From Amoebophrya sp. A120 (Eukaryota; Protista; Dinoflagellata): DNA of 64,000 nucleotides. Below are positions 39,401 through 51,852 of this stretch, in pieces. The stretch is taken from NCBI GenBank assembly GCA_905178155.1, contig CAJINV010000012.1, positions 3,343,144-3,407,143 of the forward strand. The letters run 5' to 3'. Below the pieces are notes generated by a model. It worked only from the letters and a program-made list of their open reading frames with translations, did not search any database and was not told where the DNA came from. The position numbers and the translations under genes are program-made. Position 1 is the stretch's first letter, and every line of letters starts with the position of its first letter.

Positions 39401-42400
39401 GTGGCACGTCTTCCTCCGCGCGAAGATTCGAACTGCAGCAGCCGATAAGGAAGAGCAGTTTCATCGACGCAGCGTCGCCACAAGCAGGGCCGCGCGGCAG
39501 AAGTACGTCCAGTCATTTCCTGTTGCAGAACAACGTCCTGAATAGCAGCCAAGAAAACCTCACCTCTACTTGTTACGCCGGAGGACACAACAAGCCTTTT
39601 GCTCCACTTTTTTCACCAGTGCGGGAGAGTAGTAGTAGCAGCAGTTCAACATCCGACAGCGACGACAGTGTTGATTCGCCGGAAAGATTTGGCAAGCTAT
39701 GGGCGGAAATTTGCAGCTTGAAGAAAACTTCTACAACGAATAATATAACCCCTGCTACTGGCGGAGTTGTAACGTCAAAGAATCGCGCTGTTGTTGCAGC
39801 GAGCACGAAAATTATGAACCGAGCTGCTGCAGCATCAAATGTACAGACAGCAGTACAACCACAGCATGGATTGAACAAACAAGCAATAGTTGCAAAGGCG
39901 AAACAACGAGCGCCCTCTGCGTCACCAAGAGCTGGTGGAGCCACGCCGCGGCCGCAGCAAGGTGCTGTTGTGAACGGTTTCACAACTGCTCTCAGCAGTG
40001 CAGCTGCAGGTCCAAACAATAATTACAAGCGACCACACTCTTCTTCCCCGTCCGGCGCACGGCCAGAAACGAAACTTGCGAAACCTGCAGGAGCAGGTCC
40101 GCAACGGGTTGATGCGACGCCACGAGGTTGTACTAACATGCAGCCAAGTATTAACTTCGCAGTGCCGATGGCGAGTCCGCGAGGAGCTTTGACGAAGCGG
40201 CAAGAAGAAATCGAGCAGCAGAAGCAGAGGCTAGAGATGATAGAGCAGCAGAAGCTACAGAACCAGCAGCAGCAGAAAGCACAGCAAATGAACCGAAGAC
40301 CTGTTGTCCCGGCCGGAGGCACGTTTCAACCCCCCATGCGAGGTCGATCCCCGGCTCCCGCTTCATCAAGAGCGGCGCAACAACAGATAACTCAGCCATC
40401 TCCTACAGCAGGCATCATTGTGCTCGAAGACACGCCAACTCCAGCGAAAGCGAACCTGGGTAACAACGTTCGAAACGGCATAAACCCGCTTTCTCCCTCT
40501 GCGATCGGCGAGCCGCATCCCGAACCGGAGTCAGGATCGGATTTGGAGGAAGAGATAAATCCACCCGGCGCGGGGGCACAGCAAGCAGTTCCAGGTGCTT
40601 CACGTAAGAATATCCAACCACAGAAACTCAACTACGATCATGCTGCTAAGAACAAGGGCAAGGTTGTTGCAGCGCCAACTTCTGTTGCGGCTTCTTCTTC
40701 TCAACAGCAAACCAAAGGAGCTCCGCGTCCGTCTGTTGTCCCCGCTGCACATGCACAGAGTTCGTCCGTTGTAGTCGGCACCAGCAGTAGCAGCAGTAGT
40801 TCTAGTGTTGCCGCAGCAAGGAACATCCAGCCACCGGGCGCAGTTGCTGCTGCGGCACAGCAGGAGCGCAAGAAAGTCCAGGTGGTCCCGAACCTTGCGA
40901 TAAATGCGCCCACTGTAGCTACTACTACGTCTGATGGTAGCACGCCGAAAGAGCTTCTTGTGCATGAGTATGGGGTAGTACAGTCGCAACAAAAAGAACA
41001 GCAACAGCTGCAACAAACCAGAATATTACCAAAACAGCCTACACCTCGAGCAGCAGCGACAACCACCACCCCCATCCAATCACACAATCAGCAAAACATA
41101 AGCAGCCAGCACCGCGCCAGCGTGACACCCGGCGGCTCCTTTGTGATGAAGTCCATGTCGCCCCGTTGGACTGCGATCGCGAGCAATGTAGAGGACTTCC
41201 GAAGCAGGATACGCGAATTGCACAAGACCTTACCCGCGGAGCAAATTGACTGGTTCTGTCAGACGATTGCGGAGTACCACCCATTATTGAAGCCCAGACA
41301 CGAGAAACTCGACCTTCCGGCCGCGGTTGAGTTACTGAATGAGTTTTCCTATCACGCGAGACACTGCTACCAACATTACAACACCTACACCTGGATATCG
41401 TTTTTAGAGGATCCTTCGCGGAATGGAAATCCCCGAGCTTCTACCTCGAACAGCGACGATAGCGGGGGAGACGCGCGGGGGAAGTTTGTGAAGCCGCCGC
41501 CGAGACTGTTTAATTTAGAAAAGGAACAAACGAAAATCAAGGGCAAAAGAGAGTGCGAAGCGCTATGGGATCGGTGGGATCGGTTTACGTTGTTGCTCTG
41601 TCTGATCGAGTATGAACTGCAAAATTATCGTACTCATATTGCAATCATGCATTGACAAATCTTTGTCTTCAGGTAAATCAGCATTACAATCATGCTGAGG
41701 AATGCATTTATACGAGTGCGATACTTTTGCAATTCATATCGAGATGGTGATCGAGATTTTATCGACGGTGCTGCCGAAAGAAGCGTATCACTACGCGCTT
41801 GCGAAAATTCAAGTTTGGTGTTTGGAAATGGCGGGGAATAGTAATAGCAAGAATGACAAGCTTCTTGCGACCATGAGAAAGAGGATGAAGACACTGCTGC
41901 CAGGTGGAGATGTTTCGGTGTATTCTGGGGGAAGTGACGATTACCACGAACTCCATGCCTGGATGGTGTTTGCAAGGTTTTACGTGCAGGCCAATATGGA
42001 CGAGCTAGAGCCGAAAGGTACAAATGGATACCGATACGAATACATTTTCCTCTTTTGTACTTATTAGAAGTAAGTGAAATTGTACCACTTTCAGTACATT
42101 GGTTGCCGTTTTTCTTTCTGTCAATGGTATCTCCTTGACAAGATTCGGGTTTTTTCTCATAACGAAAATTGATACAAAAACCAGCTCCCGGCGACATCGA
42201 TTCGCTTTACCTTCAGTTCCGGGAGTTGCGGCGGCAAGGCCTGACTGAAGCGGCGCTTGCGTCGCTCAAACACCATGATCCGGACCACGAGCAGCTGCGA
42301 CACAGGAACCTGCACACCGAGGAGAGCCGCCACTTTCTGGTGAGTAATCTGCTTCTCAACCCTGAGTACGGCTTGATCAAAGGTCGGGTTAACCGGCAAC

Positions 42401-45400
42401 GGGCGGAAAGCGCAACGGTGGCGGCGTTTCAAGGGGAGCACGCGGTGAGGCCCAGCGACGAAAACAAGATTGTTGAGGATAGCAGTTCTTGTGGAGAGCA
42501 GGGCGAGTTCTTCACCGAGCACCAAATTGCGGAACTGACCAACTTCCTCTGCAACCTCCACGAGCGACTCATTCGGGCCCAGGAGAAGAGGGCGCGCCGG
42601 AGCGATACGTACCAGCGGACCGCGATTGGGCTGATTACCATGGGCATGAAAATTGGCCAGCCGCCTGCGATGGTCAGTCCGAACTATATTTCCTCGGCCG
42701 CTGCTGGTAGTGATGGTCTTCTTGGACAGCAACAGAACAATAGCTCTAGACGCGCCGGTGGGCCAGGCTTTGCCACGAGCAGCAGCAGTTCCGCACTGCC
42801 ACATGGTCCGAGCGGCGTGCCGGTCTTGTCATTAGCCAACAACAATCCTGGCAGCAGTCCGGTGAGCCGCCAACAACTGGAAGCAGTAAGACAACAACAA
42901 TTGGCCAACGTATCGCCAGCAGTCGTGCACGGGCAGTACGACAAAAGATTTGGCATTTCCCCGGGGGAGCAGGCGGTTTTACGGGAACAAATACCCGCGC
43001 CGGGGATAAAACCTCCAAAGATGAAAAATGCAAATGCGGCGAAACCAAATCATCCAAAGGCAAAAGCTGCCGCCTCTCGCCGTGCGTCAACCGCTTCTGT
43101 CGCCGCTGGTGCGCCTGTTAGTAGTAGAAGGGGGTCAAAGGAAACGCTGAAGCAGAAAATGGAACGACAGTACAGGGATGAGCTGTACGGAATAGAAAAT
43201 GATTCGGACGAGTGGCTACCTCCGAAGAACCAGAGGAAGCCTTCGAAGCAACCCAAGGCAGCGGCTTCGAAGGCTGCGAATAAAGCGGGTCTTCTACCCG
43301 CCGCGAAGCATGGAGCGGCGGCCAGGAGACCTTCGACAGCTGTAGGGGGACCGAATACGCGAACCAATCAGCAACAAGCAGCCCCGCAACAGCTCGACGC
43401 GTCTGTGCTGGATGGAGATGAGTTGTATCAGGAAGAGGAGAGTAGTTCCTACGGTTTCGTCACGTCGAGAAAGCGCGTGCTCTACCACGAGTCACCTTTC
43501 AAGGAAAACATTCAGCAGCCAGATGCTTTTCACATCGCAGCGACAGATGAAGAAAATTTTGTTATCAATGGTGCACAGCAGCAGCAGCAAAATCCGGCTT
43601 CTGCCCGAAGCGCAGCTGGTCTTGTGCCGTCAAAAACAAAATCAGGCGGGGCCGCGGCAGCTGGTGGTAGCAGTAGCAGTAGTGGCGGCACAGGACCGAA
43701 TACTTTTTCCAGTGTATCTTCGAACCAACTACAAGCAGCAAGTAAAAACAGGCTGCCTCGTGCCAGTGTGCAACCGCAGCAAAACGACCTGGGCAACCAC
43801 AACCAGCGCGGTCGGCCTTCGGCCGCCGGCGGTGGCGGTCAGCAGCCATTGATCCGAGGGCCGAAGGCGAGCCGGGTCGCTGCACATAATGGCCCGCCTG
43901 TCACAACAAGCGTACTACCAGGAGCAGGCACAACCGGGAACAACATCAAGCCAGCTTCTACACCACGAAGTCATAACCAGACGAGAAACAAGCGGAGCAC
44001 GGCGGCCGCTCGGAACAACAACAAAGATGCGAACTGTGTAACAGATGAAGAGGTCGCAAACCTACCACCGTTGATTCTCCCAGATGTGAACAGGATCCAG
44101 TATCCACAGCAGCAGTACCCGCAAGTGTTCGACAATCATGGCAACCCGGTTCATTCCCCCGAGGCGCCACATTACGTGGCAGCACCAAATTATGAACTGC
44201 ACAAGTATCCTACTCGTATAAATGCATTACTAATTTCCTCAGCGTGACAAATAAAATTTGTAATGCGGATTTACCTCGAAAAGAAACTTTGTAATGCATG
44301 ATTGCAATACGAGTGCGATCCTTTTGCACAGGATACAAATCGCAGAGGGGCGAGACAAAGCAGGGCCAGCTTCCAGCCCCAGTATCAACTGTAAAAATGT
44401 CTGGGTCTGGAAGAATTCATGTTTGTCATGCTTGTCTGGCATGAGTCTTACATCTGTCATGCACGTTACCCAAGAGCTCCGTTTTTCTGTGATGCAGAAG
44501 CGCTGTTTGTCATGCAGAATAGGCAACACCTAGGAGCTCAGAAACTTGTCATGCTGAGCCAGCATTTGTAGCCTCATCATGAGACGCCGCCCAGCATCAC
44601 AAGTTTCCAGACCCAGACATTTTTACTTTTGATACCCAGTCTACGCATAGTATAATCGGAGGTCAGCACCAACAGCCTGGAATGCTTTTGAGTGGTGGTG
44701 CGAATTATCCAGTTCCGCAACACGTCCAGGCACAACTGCGCGCTCCGACGCCGCGAGGCAACAATCCAAGTACAAACTTCATGATGCAGCAAAACAATCT
44801 TCGTCAGCGCCAGCACGTCTCCTCGCCAAAGCTGAAGCGGCAGCGGGTTGAGTCTGAAGATTCGACCGCGGAATATCGGCTGTTTGAGAACAACCAGCAA
44901 TTTGTCGATTTTGATAAAGGAACAGAGGTGGACCAGCATCTTCATGCTGCTGGACAAGGACAACCACAGGCACAGACACAGCAGGACAATCGACACCCGC
45001 GCTCTCTTTCGCAGCAATCGCAATCGGAACAGTCTGAGCCAGTGTGGGATCCAGATTTGATGGGAAACAAGAGCCTCCTGGAGTTGAAGCCAAGGTCGAA
45101 AGAAACCAACGATGGGGATAATGATGAAGATAGCAGCATGATCAAAGTGACACAAGTGGCGTTTAAGCAACCGAGAACAGCAAGGGGTGGAGAACAGAAT
45201 CATGCGGCGGTGCAGAATCTGCAGCAACAATCTGCGTCTTCGTCGAGCCGAAATACCGGTTATTTCAGCAACCAGACCCACCTCCCCGGTGCGACGAGAA
45301 ATGGCACCATGCAAGGCGGAAGTAGAGCCGGCGGCGCTACGCCTCGCGTTGGAGGTACAAGGCCTGGGGGTTCTGGTTTCACGATGAACTCGAACCATCA

Positions 45401-45584
45401 CCACCGTGCCGATGAGCAGGAAATAAATCGACAGATGATGTTCCAGCAGCAGCAGCAGGTGCAGCAGCAAACGATGGCGCAACAGAGCAACCAAATAAAG
45501 CGTCCGGGAAGAAACGCTTTCGGGGCTAATGCTCGGAGTGGCATCTACGCGAAAAATAAAAGCAAAATAAATATCTTTGGCTGA
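33456..45584 (+). CDS. Very large uncharacterised protein (helical N-terminal region, Q/S/A-rich low complexity)
   Basis: One continuous frame after removing 13 introners and GT-AG intron 42018-42184; no domain recognised. Confidence 0.75.
34179..34441. mobile_element. Introner family A
   Basis: DR TCACG/TCACC; frame restored. Confidence 0.9.
34492..34646. mobile_element. Introner family B (TATCCTG end first)
   Basis: DR ACACA; no GT/GC or AG boundary possible; frame restored. Confidence 0.88.
35055..35316. mobile_element. Introner family A
   Basis: DR CGACC; frame restored. Confidence 0.9.
35372..35533. mobile_element. Introner family B
   Basis: DR TGGTT/TGGTG; frame restored. Confidence 0.9.
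36166..36321. mobile_element. Introner family B
   Basis: DR GGGAC; frame restored. Confidence 0.9.
36732..36959. mobile_element. Introner family F (single copy here)
   Basis: TIR TATGGCGTTCTCAAATGTTACATTCTCAACTG / CAGTTGAGAACGTAACATTTGAGAACTCCATA, DR TCCGT/CCCGT. Confidence 0.9.
37025..37345. mobile_element. Introner family E (321 bp)
   Basis: DR GAAAG/AAAAG; frame restored. Confidence 0.9.
37540..37803. mobile_element. Introner family A
   Basis: DR TCCTG; frame restored. Confidence 0.9.
37868..38011. mobile_element. Introner family B (TATCCTG end first)
   Basis: DR TTTGC; frame restored. Confidence 0.9.
38189..38509. mobile_element. Introner family E (321 bp, divergent interior)
   Basis: DR TTCTC/TCCTC; frame restored. 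Confidence 0.87.
41611..41738. mobile_element. Introner family B
   Basis: DR TCGAG; frame restored. Confidence 0.9.
44191..44335. mobile_element. Introner family B
   Basis: DR CAAAT; frame restored. Confidence 0.9.
44383..44634. mobile_element. Introner family A (252-bp subfamily)
   Basis: DR CCCAG; interior is the reverse complement of 47408-47659. Confidence 0.92.
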
Positions 45585-47218
45585 AGGTGCTGCAGGGGCC
45601 GTCCGACGATGTATGATGTCCTTGCGCTCCCGGGCCTTGGCACATTTTGCTGGACCGAATTCGCAAAGATAACTCGATACTGTTTCAAAAATACATGCAA
45701 AAGTTGTAAACTCTGCACGATAGTACGCGTGGCAGGTTTTTTTCTTACTTGGAATATCAAGAGCGGAGCAAACAATCAATGCGAAAATAAACTCAACAGT
45801 TGCGGTTCGGAGTCATGATCTCTTCAGAGCAAAACTCAAAAGTTCAATCTTTGCAGCAGTAGTAGTGTCTCTTTTGCGTTCTTTTTTTGAACAAAATCTT
45901 CACCTTGCAACCCTTGTCTTATCTGTCCGATGTAGATATACATTTTCATTTTCCTAGTCCTGTTGTATGTTGAAACGGGCGCCAATGCCCTTCTGGAAGG
46001 ACATCATCATCTGAGGAAATTGCTTTTATTTGATATGCAAATTATTATAAAAAGCTGCTTGCCGCGGCCAACACGTAGAACAAGTGCTTGGACGAGAAGC
46101 TCTAGCCAGCAGGATGTACTATCAGTATGTCATGTTCGCGCGTATTGCTGTTGCTTACGCCACTGCAAAGGCGATATGAGAAATTTGCACCTTTAGACAA
46201 GTCTAGAAGTAAGTCGAAAAAATAAACAGAGAAAAATTTGCCTAAACGACTCCAAATCGAATGAAAATTTCAAGGCCATCATGATGTTATGTTCTGTTGT
46301 GAGAGTGCAGTACGGCAACGGCTGCCTTTGATCAGAAAATGTTGCAGCGGAAGTACGAATGAATATCGGAAAAGTTTCAATCTGAATCGGTCCTTCGACA
46401 ACATGTGGAACTTGGTGTCTCGGTTTTCTCAAACATGAAAGTTAGAAGTGAACTCCAAGAAGTGCAGCTTCTGCGTCCTTGACGATACAACTTAAAATGT
46501 CGGTTGCTCCTAGATGTGGATTTCCGGATGTCTGATTGTCATTCTGTTGTCGGTACTAGGAGGAGGAGAAAGAAGACCTCCAGTTGCATGCGCGCAGCTA
46601 CACCAGCACGAAACATTGCAGATCCGAAAAATTGGCTATAAGTTTAAGTTCAATTATGATTGCATGGTTACGTCGCGGGTTGTCGCAAGATATGACATGC
46701 ATTCTCTTGTTGCCACGACGAGCACGACTGCTCGATGGAAATTTCTGTGCTCCAAAAAAACTTTCCCTCACTTGATCCAAAATCACAGAACTCCAACGAC
46801 CCATAAATTTGAAAAACGAAAAGGATCTACAAAGCGATAAACATTTTGTACGCAATATTTACGACTTCCACACGACCTTTTTTTAGCTGAGAAAACACCA
46901 CTCTGACAAATTAGAGCGTAAATTTGTTCCGAAAAAAAAAAAATCAACGTACAGGGATTAGTTACATACTGCGGTATTGTGCTAGTCAAAGCTTTAGCCA
47001 GTTTAGTACATTGATATCAGAAGGTTTTTTTCATCTCTGAAACGCTTTTTTTATCTTACCTGCATACGCACAACGCTACAACTTTTGCAAAAAGTTGTAC
47101 TTTTTTCTACGTTTATCTTTTTCGACAACTACCTCTGACTAACCTTGAAGTTTCTCCCGTTTTTAACGGCTTGAGAAACTTTCACAACCGAACAAAGCTC
47201 ACTATAGGTTTTTACTGA

Positions 47219-49958
47219 ATGTCGAAGCGCACCGCTGATCAGCGTGATACCGCCGCCGACACTACCGAGGAAAAGATGTACTCTTCTGGATACAGCAGCA
47301 ACCAAGGTAGCTACGGCTACAGCAACGGAGGAGGTTACGCTTCTCAGGCCATGTACCAGCCGCAGCAGCAGTCCGCTCCGGGCCCGGATTGGTCCAAGGA
47401 CTGGCGGTATCAACTGTAAAAATGTCTGGGTCTGGAAACTTGTGATGTTGGGTGGCGTCTCATGATGAGGCCACAAGTGCTGGCTCAGCGTGACAAGTTT
47501 CTGAGCTTCTAGGTGTTGCCTATTCTGCATGACAAACTGCGTTTCTGCATCACAGAAAAATGGAGCTCTTGGGTAACATGCATGATAGATTTAAGAGTCA
47601 TGCCAGACAAGCATGACAAACATACACTCTTCCAGACCCAGACACTTTTACATTTGATAGGCGGTCCCCGGCTCCGCAGATGACCCCGTCCACCACCGGT
47701 TCTGATCAGGATCGCAACTCGCCTGCGACCAAGCGCCCGCGTCACGGAACTGCTGGCAACATGCAGGACCAGTGTCAGCACACGGTTGAGCAGTATATGA
47801 AGGAGAACGAGGTGGAAGTCCGCAACTACGACGCGAAGAACATGTGTCTCACCTGGGACGTATGCATTGCAAAAGTATCGTACTAGTATAAATTGCATCA
47901 CAAATTTTGGCAAGAAGAAAAGGGGAATTTGTAATGCTGTTTTACCTTAGGAAGGAGATTTGTCATGCATATTTGCAATTAGTACGACTACGATACTTTT
48001 GCACAGGATAGGACGACTGCCCCTTCCCCGCGGAAATGACCCAGAAACTCCGCAACTTCCCGAAGCCGTCTGTGATCCAGGCTGCCGCGTGGCCGATCGC
48101 GGTCAGCGGGAAGAACCTGATTGGTATTGCGGAGACCGGAAGTGTATCAAATGCAAAAATGTCTGGGTCTGGAAGACTTGTAATGCTAAAAGTGAATGGT
48201 AGACGCACTGCAATACGCAGCTATGCATGACAAATTTTTTGGCTCCCATGTCTTACGTACTCCGCATGACAAACTGCGTTTTTGCATGACAGGTAAGAGG
48301 GCCTTTTCGTGCCAATGCAACGCAGATTCTGGAGTCATGCCAGACAAGCATGACAAACTTGCATTCTACTTCCAGACCAGGACGCTTTTGCATTTGATAA
48401 AGTGGAAAGACGCTCTCCTTCCTCCTCCCCGCGGCGATGCACTGCCAGGAGAAGCAGCGCTCCGGCCGGGGAAATGGGGGGTACTACGGATCCAGCGGTC
48501 CCTACGCCATGGTCTTGGCGCCGACCCGGGAATTGGTATTATAGGATTTTGGCAAGAACATGCATAGAAAACGTTTACATGTGAACGTGCTGCTGTACTA
48601 GTGATTGTCATCCCAATAAATAATGCGTACGTAAGTACACCACGTACAGAAGAGATCATATTGGCTTTCGATACGAAAAATGAAAATGTCCTCACGACAA
48701 CATCAGAATCGTTATATAACAAAAAATGGAAAACAGGTCCAGCAAATCGAGCAGGAGTGCAAGAAGTTTACCACCCTGCGTTCCGCCAGTCTTGTCGGTG
48801 GTCTCCCGAAGGGCCCCCAGATCGGTGCTCTCCGCCGCGGGGTCGACATCATCATTGCCACCCCCGGTCGTCTGTGCGATCTGGTGGACATGCGGGTGTG
48901 CGATTTGTCTCAGGTTGACTTCTTCATCTTGGACGAGGCGGATCGCATGTTGGACATGGGTTTTGAGAAGGATCTCCGGAAAATCAACGGTATGCTCACC
49001 CGCAACAAGCAGACCCTTCTGTTCTCCGCCACCTGGCCCCGAGAGGTCCAGCGGTTGGCGCAGGACGTGATCGCCGAGGCCTACGGTGTCCGCACCCCGG
49101 AGGTCCGGATTGGCGGCGCCGGGGACGCGAACCTCCGCGCGAACCCGAATATCAAGCAGACCGTGCACATGGTGAATCATTACTCTGAGAAGAACAGACT
49201 CCTCGGGAACATTTTGGACGAGTTGAAGCGGGAAAACAATGGCGAACACCCATTGATTCTGGTCTTCTCCAAGACGAAGAAGGGGTGCGACCAGCTCGCG
49301 CGGGACATGCAGTACTCGATGCGGGTGCACGCACAGTCCCTGCATGGTGACAAGTCCCAGCCGGAGCGTGACTGGGCGCTGGAGCAGTTCAAGACGGGAA
49401 GGAAGCCGGTCTTGGTCGCGACCGACGTCGCGGCGCGCGGGTTGGACGTGAAGAACGTGAAGTGCGTTATCAACTACGACTTCCCAACGAACGTTGAGGA
49501 CTACGTCCATCGCATCGGGCGGACGGGTCGTGGTGGCGCGTTGAACGGAGTGGCGCACACCTTCTTCTGCGAGAAGGACTGCCAGTATAGAGTTGTTTTG
49601 TGTTTTTGCATGACAGGCAAAATGTGTACTTCGTTTTTTGCATTACAGACTTTTTCGAATCGCGGCTTCGAAAATTTTGCTCCGTGTTGCAAATCAAAAC
49701 GAAAATCGAAGCAATTTGCACAACAGGAACCCGGGCAAGTGCGCTCGCGAGCTGACTCAGATCCTGAAGGAGGCCAAGCAGGAAGTCCCGCACGAACTCC
49801 GCAACGTCACCTCATCCGGCTCTGGAAAGGGCTTCGGCAAGGGTCGTGGATTCGGTGGCGGCAAGGGCGGTGGCAAGGGAAAGGGCGGCTTCGGAGGCGG
49901 TGATCGATTCGGTGGCGGTGGCTTTTCGTCCGGTGGCTTCGGCGGCGGAAGATGGTAA
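47219..49958 (+). CDS. DBP2: DEAD-box RNA helicase, DBP2/DDX5-like
   Basis: Q motif PSVIQ, AETGSGKT, LAPTREL, ATPGRL, LDEADRMLDMGF, SAT, LHGDKSQ, HRIGRTGR and a Gly-rich tail; 3 introners plus GT-AG introns 48536-48736 and 49585-49726. Confidence 0.9.
47408..47659. mobile_element. Introner family A (252-bp subfamily)
   Basis: DR GGCGG; frame restored. Confidence 0.92.
47861..48010. mobile_element. Introner family B
   Basis: DR GGACG; WD-DCPF. Confidence 0.92.
48145..48399. mobile_element. Introner family A inside the helicase Walker A motif
   Basis: DR AAGTG; removal restores AETGSGKT. Confidence 0.94.
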
Positions 49959-51852
49959 ACGAAAGATGAAGAACGATTATCATCATATCTGTGAAAGTGA
50001 AGATGCATCAACAAACTTATAAAACCGAAAGTACTTCTTGTTCTGAAGCACGTTGCTGCTCTCAGCAGGGCGTCGCTTTATTTTGGTAGTTACGCTACGA
50101 AATGGACAATGCTTTTTCTATCGAGATGCAAGCTTGTTCTTACGGAAAGATAGCGATCTACTTTGAAGAAGAACGGCATGATAAGCCTGTCCTCCGAGGA
50201 GACAGAGAATATGCGCCATTGCAACCCAAAAACAACATATTGAAGACCTACGTACAACACCTATTCTGATATCCAATGCAAAGCTAAACTTCGAGCTAAG
50301 GCTACTTTTTTTTTACAGCAATTGACTACAACTACAGCTTTCGTAACTATCCCAGCCTGTTTTTACAACATCGGTATTAGATATCGCAGTAGCTATCAGT
50401 CACGGCAGCAAATTCATGATTTGCACGACGCTGTGTCTGTGATAGCAAAGTTGCCAAGCGGTATCTTTTGTCAATCAAAAATCAAGGAAACTGAGACGAT
50501 CTCTGCTACCTCTTTAAGGGCTTCTTTTCTTCACCGTCTGGACGCCAGTTCAACCACTTTTAGAAAGAAAAAACTAACCACCTCTACAAGCAAATGAAGA
50601 AAACAGCTACCCTTACTGAGCCGCTATTGCATCGCCTGTTAGTTTATGCCTCGTCTTTGTGACGCAGCAAAAACTCACAACGCGGTTACAAAAGATTTAT
50701 CAAATGAAAGACTACTAATTTGAAACTACGAGCGACTGCAAATTGTGTGCACTTTCACTCGAAAGTCTTGAAGATACAAAAACGCGCTCCGCCTCAGTAT
50801 ATTTTTACCCCATTTAGAAGAGAAAGGATAAGGCTCCTGTGCCCGGTGCTTCTAGTAGTAATGCGTAGATGCGTCGGGAGTAAAAATTGAACTCCGGATT
50901 ACACGATAATTCCGTAGAAGACGAGAAGATGTGTTGGTTTAAAAACTACAAGAGTATCACCCTACCCGGAAATATTAGGAAAAACCAACTCCATGATGGT
51001 GCACAGAAAGAATACTACTTCACGGAACTCTTTCACCTTACGTGCACGACTACACATTCATTCAAGAACACCGTTCTTCGTATTTATTGCGAACAAGTTC
51101 TTCTAGAGACGCAGTGCGATTTCGACAACGAAATGTATCCCGAATCGACGGATGCAGAATTTTGTCTTCGCAGCTGCGCTTTTTAAACCAAAAAAAACCA
51201 ACATGCGACACTTTCAATTTACAGAGCCTATTTTTCATAATCAATGGAAGGAATTATATCGAAGTGGTGGAAAAAGGAAACAATTGTTTCTTGAGATTTT
51301 TTACGCGATAATTATTTCTCTTTCACACAACAAGAACTATCTTCTGAGACTTCAACAGGTCAGGTTTTCAAGCAGGGTGATCAAGTGCCTAGTAAACCGT
51401 TCTACTCTTTTTGTAATGCGGTCGGCGCAGGTGGCGCATCGTTGAATTTTACCAGGTATCCGAAAAATAGAAAAAGAGAAGAGGTAGCCCGTATGGAGTG
51501 TCGCTCCTCGGCTACGAAATCGAAGAGCGCAGTGGAGTCGTGTTCTGCTAAATCAAGATCCGGTATGTCCTGTATAGAAAAATAGGTCGTTGTAGCATGT
51601 TGTTGATCATCCCACGGGCCACTCTCTGGTACGACAAAGATCCTTGATCCAGATCCCGAAAGGCACAGATTCGCACTTCAAAATATCAAGACCTTGACAC
51701 TATCACTATATATCTGAATCTAACGCGGCACCGAGGTGGCGGGCGGCAAAACCGAAAGCGATAGTTAATACCAGCCCCAACGCCAACATATTTTTCCGAT
51801 GTAACAAGAGCTCGAGGACGTCGGAAACTGCGACGCACTACAGGAACAAGCG

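Noticed and set aside
44577-49558. Long minus-strand ORFs (e.g. 44577-45779, 48692-49558)
   Set aside because: Antisense shadows of + strand genes with no recognisable motifs
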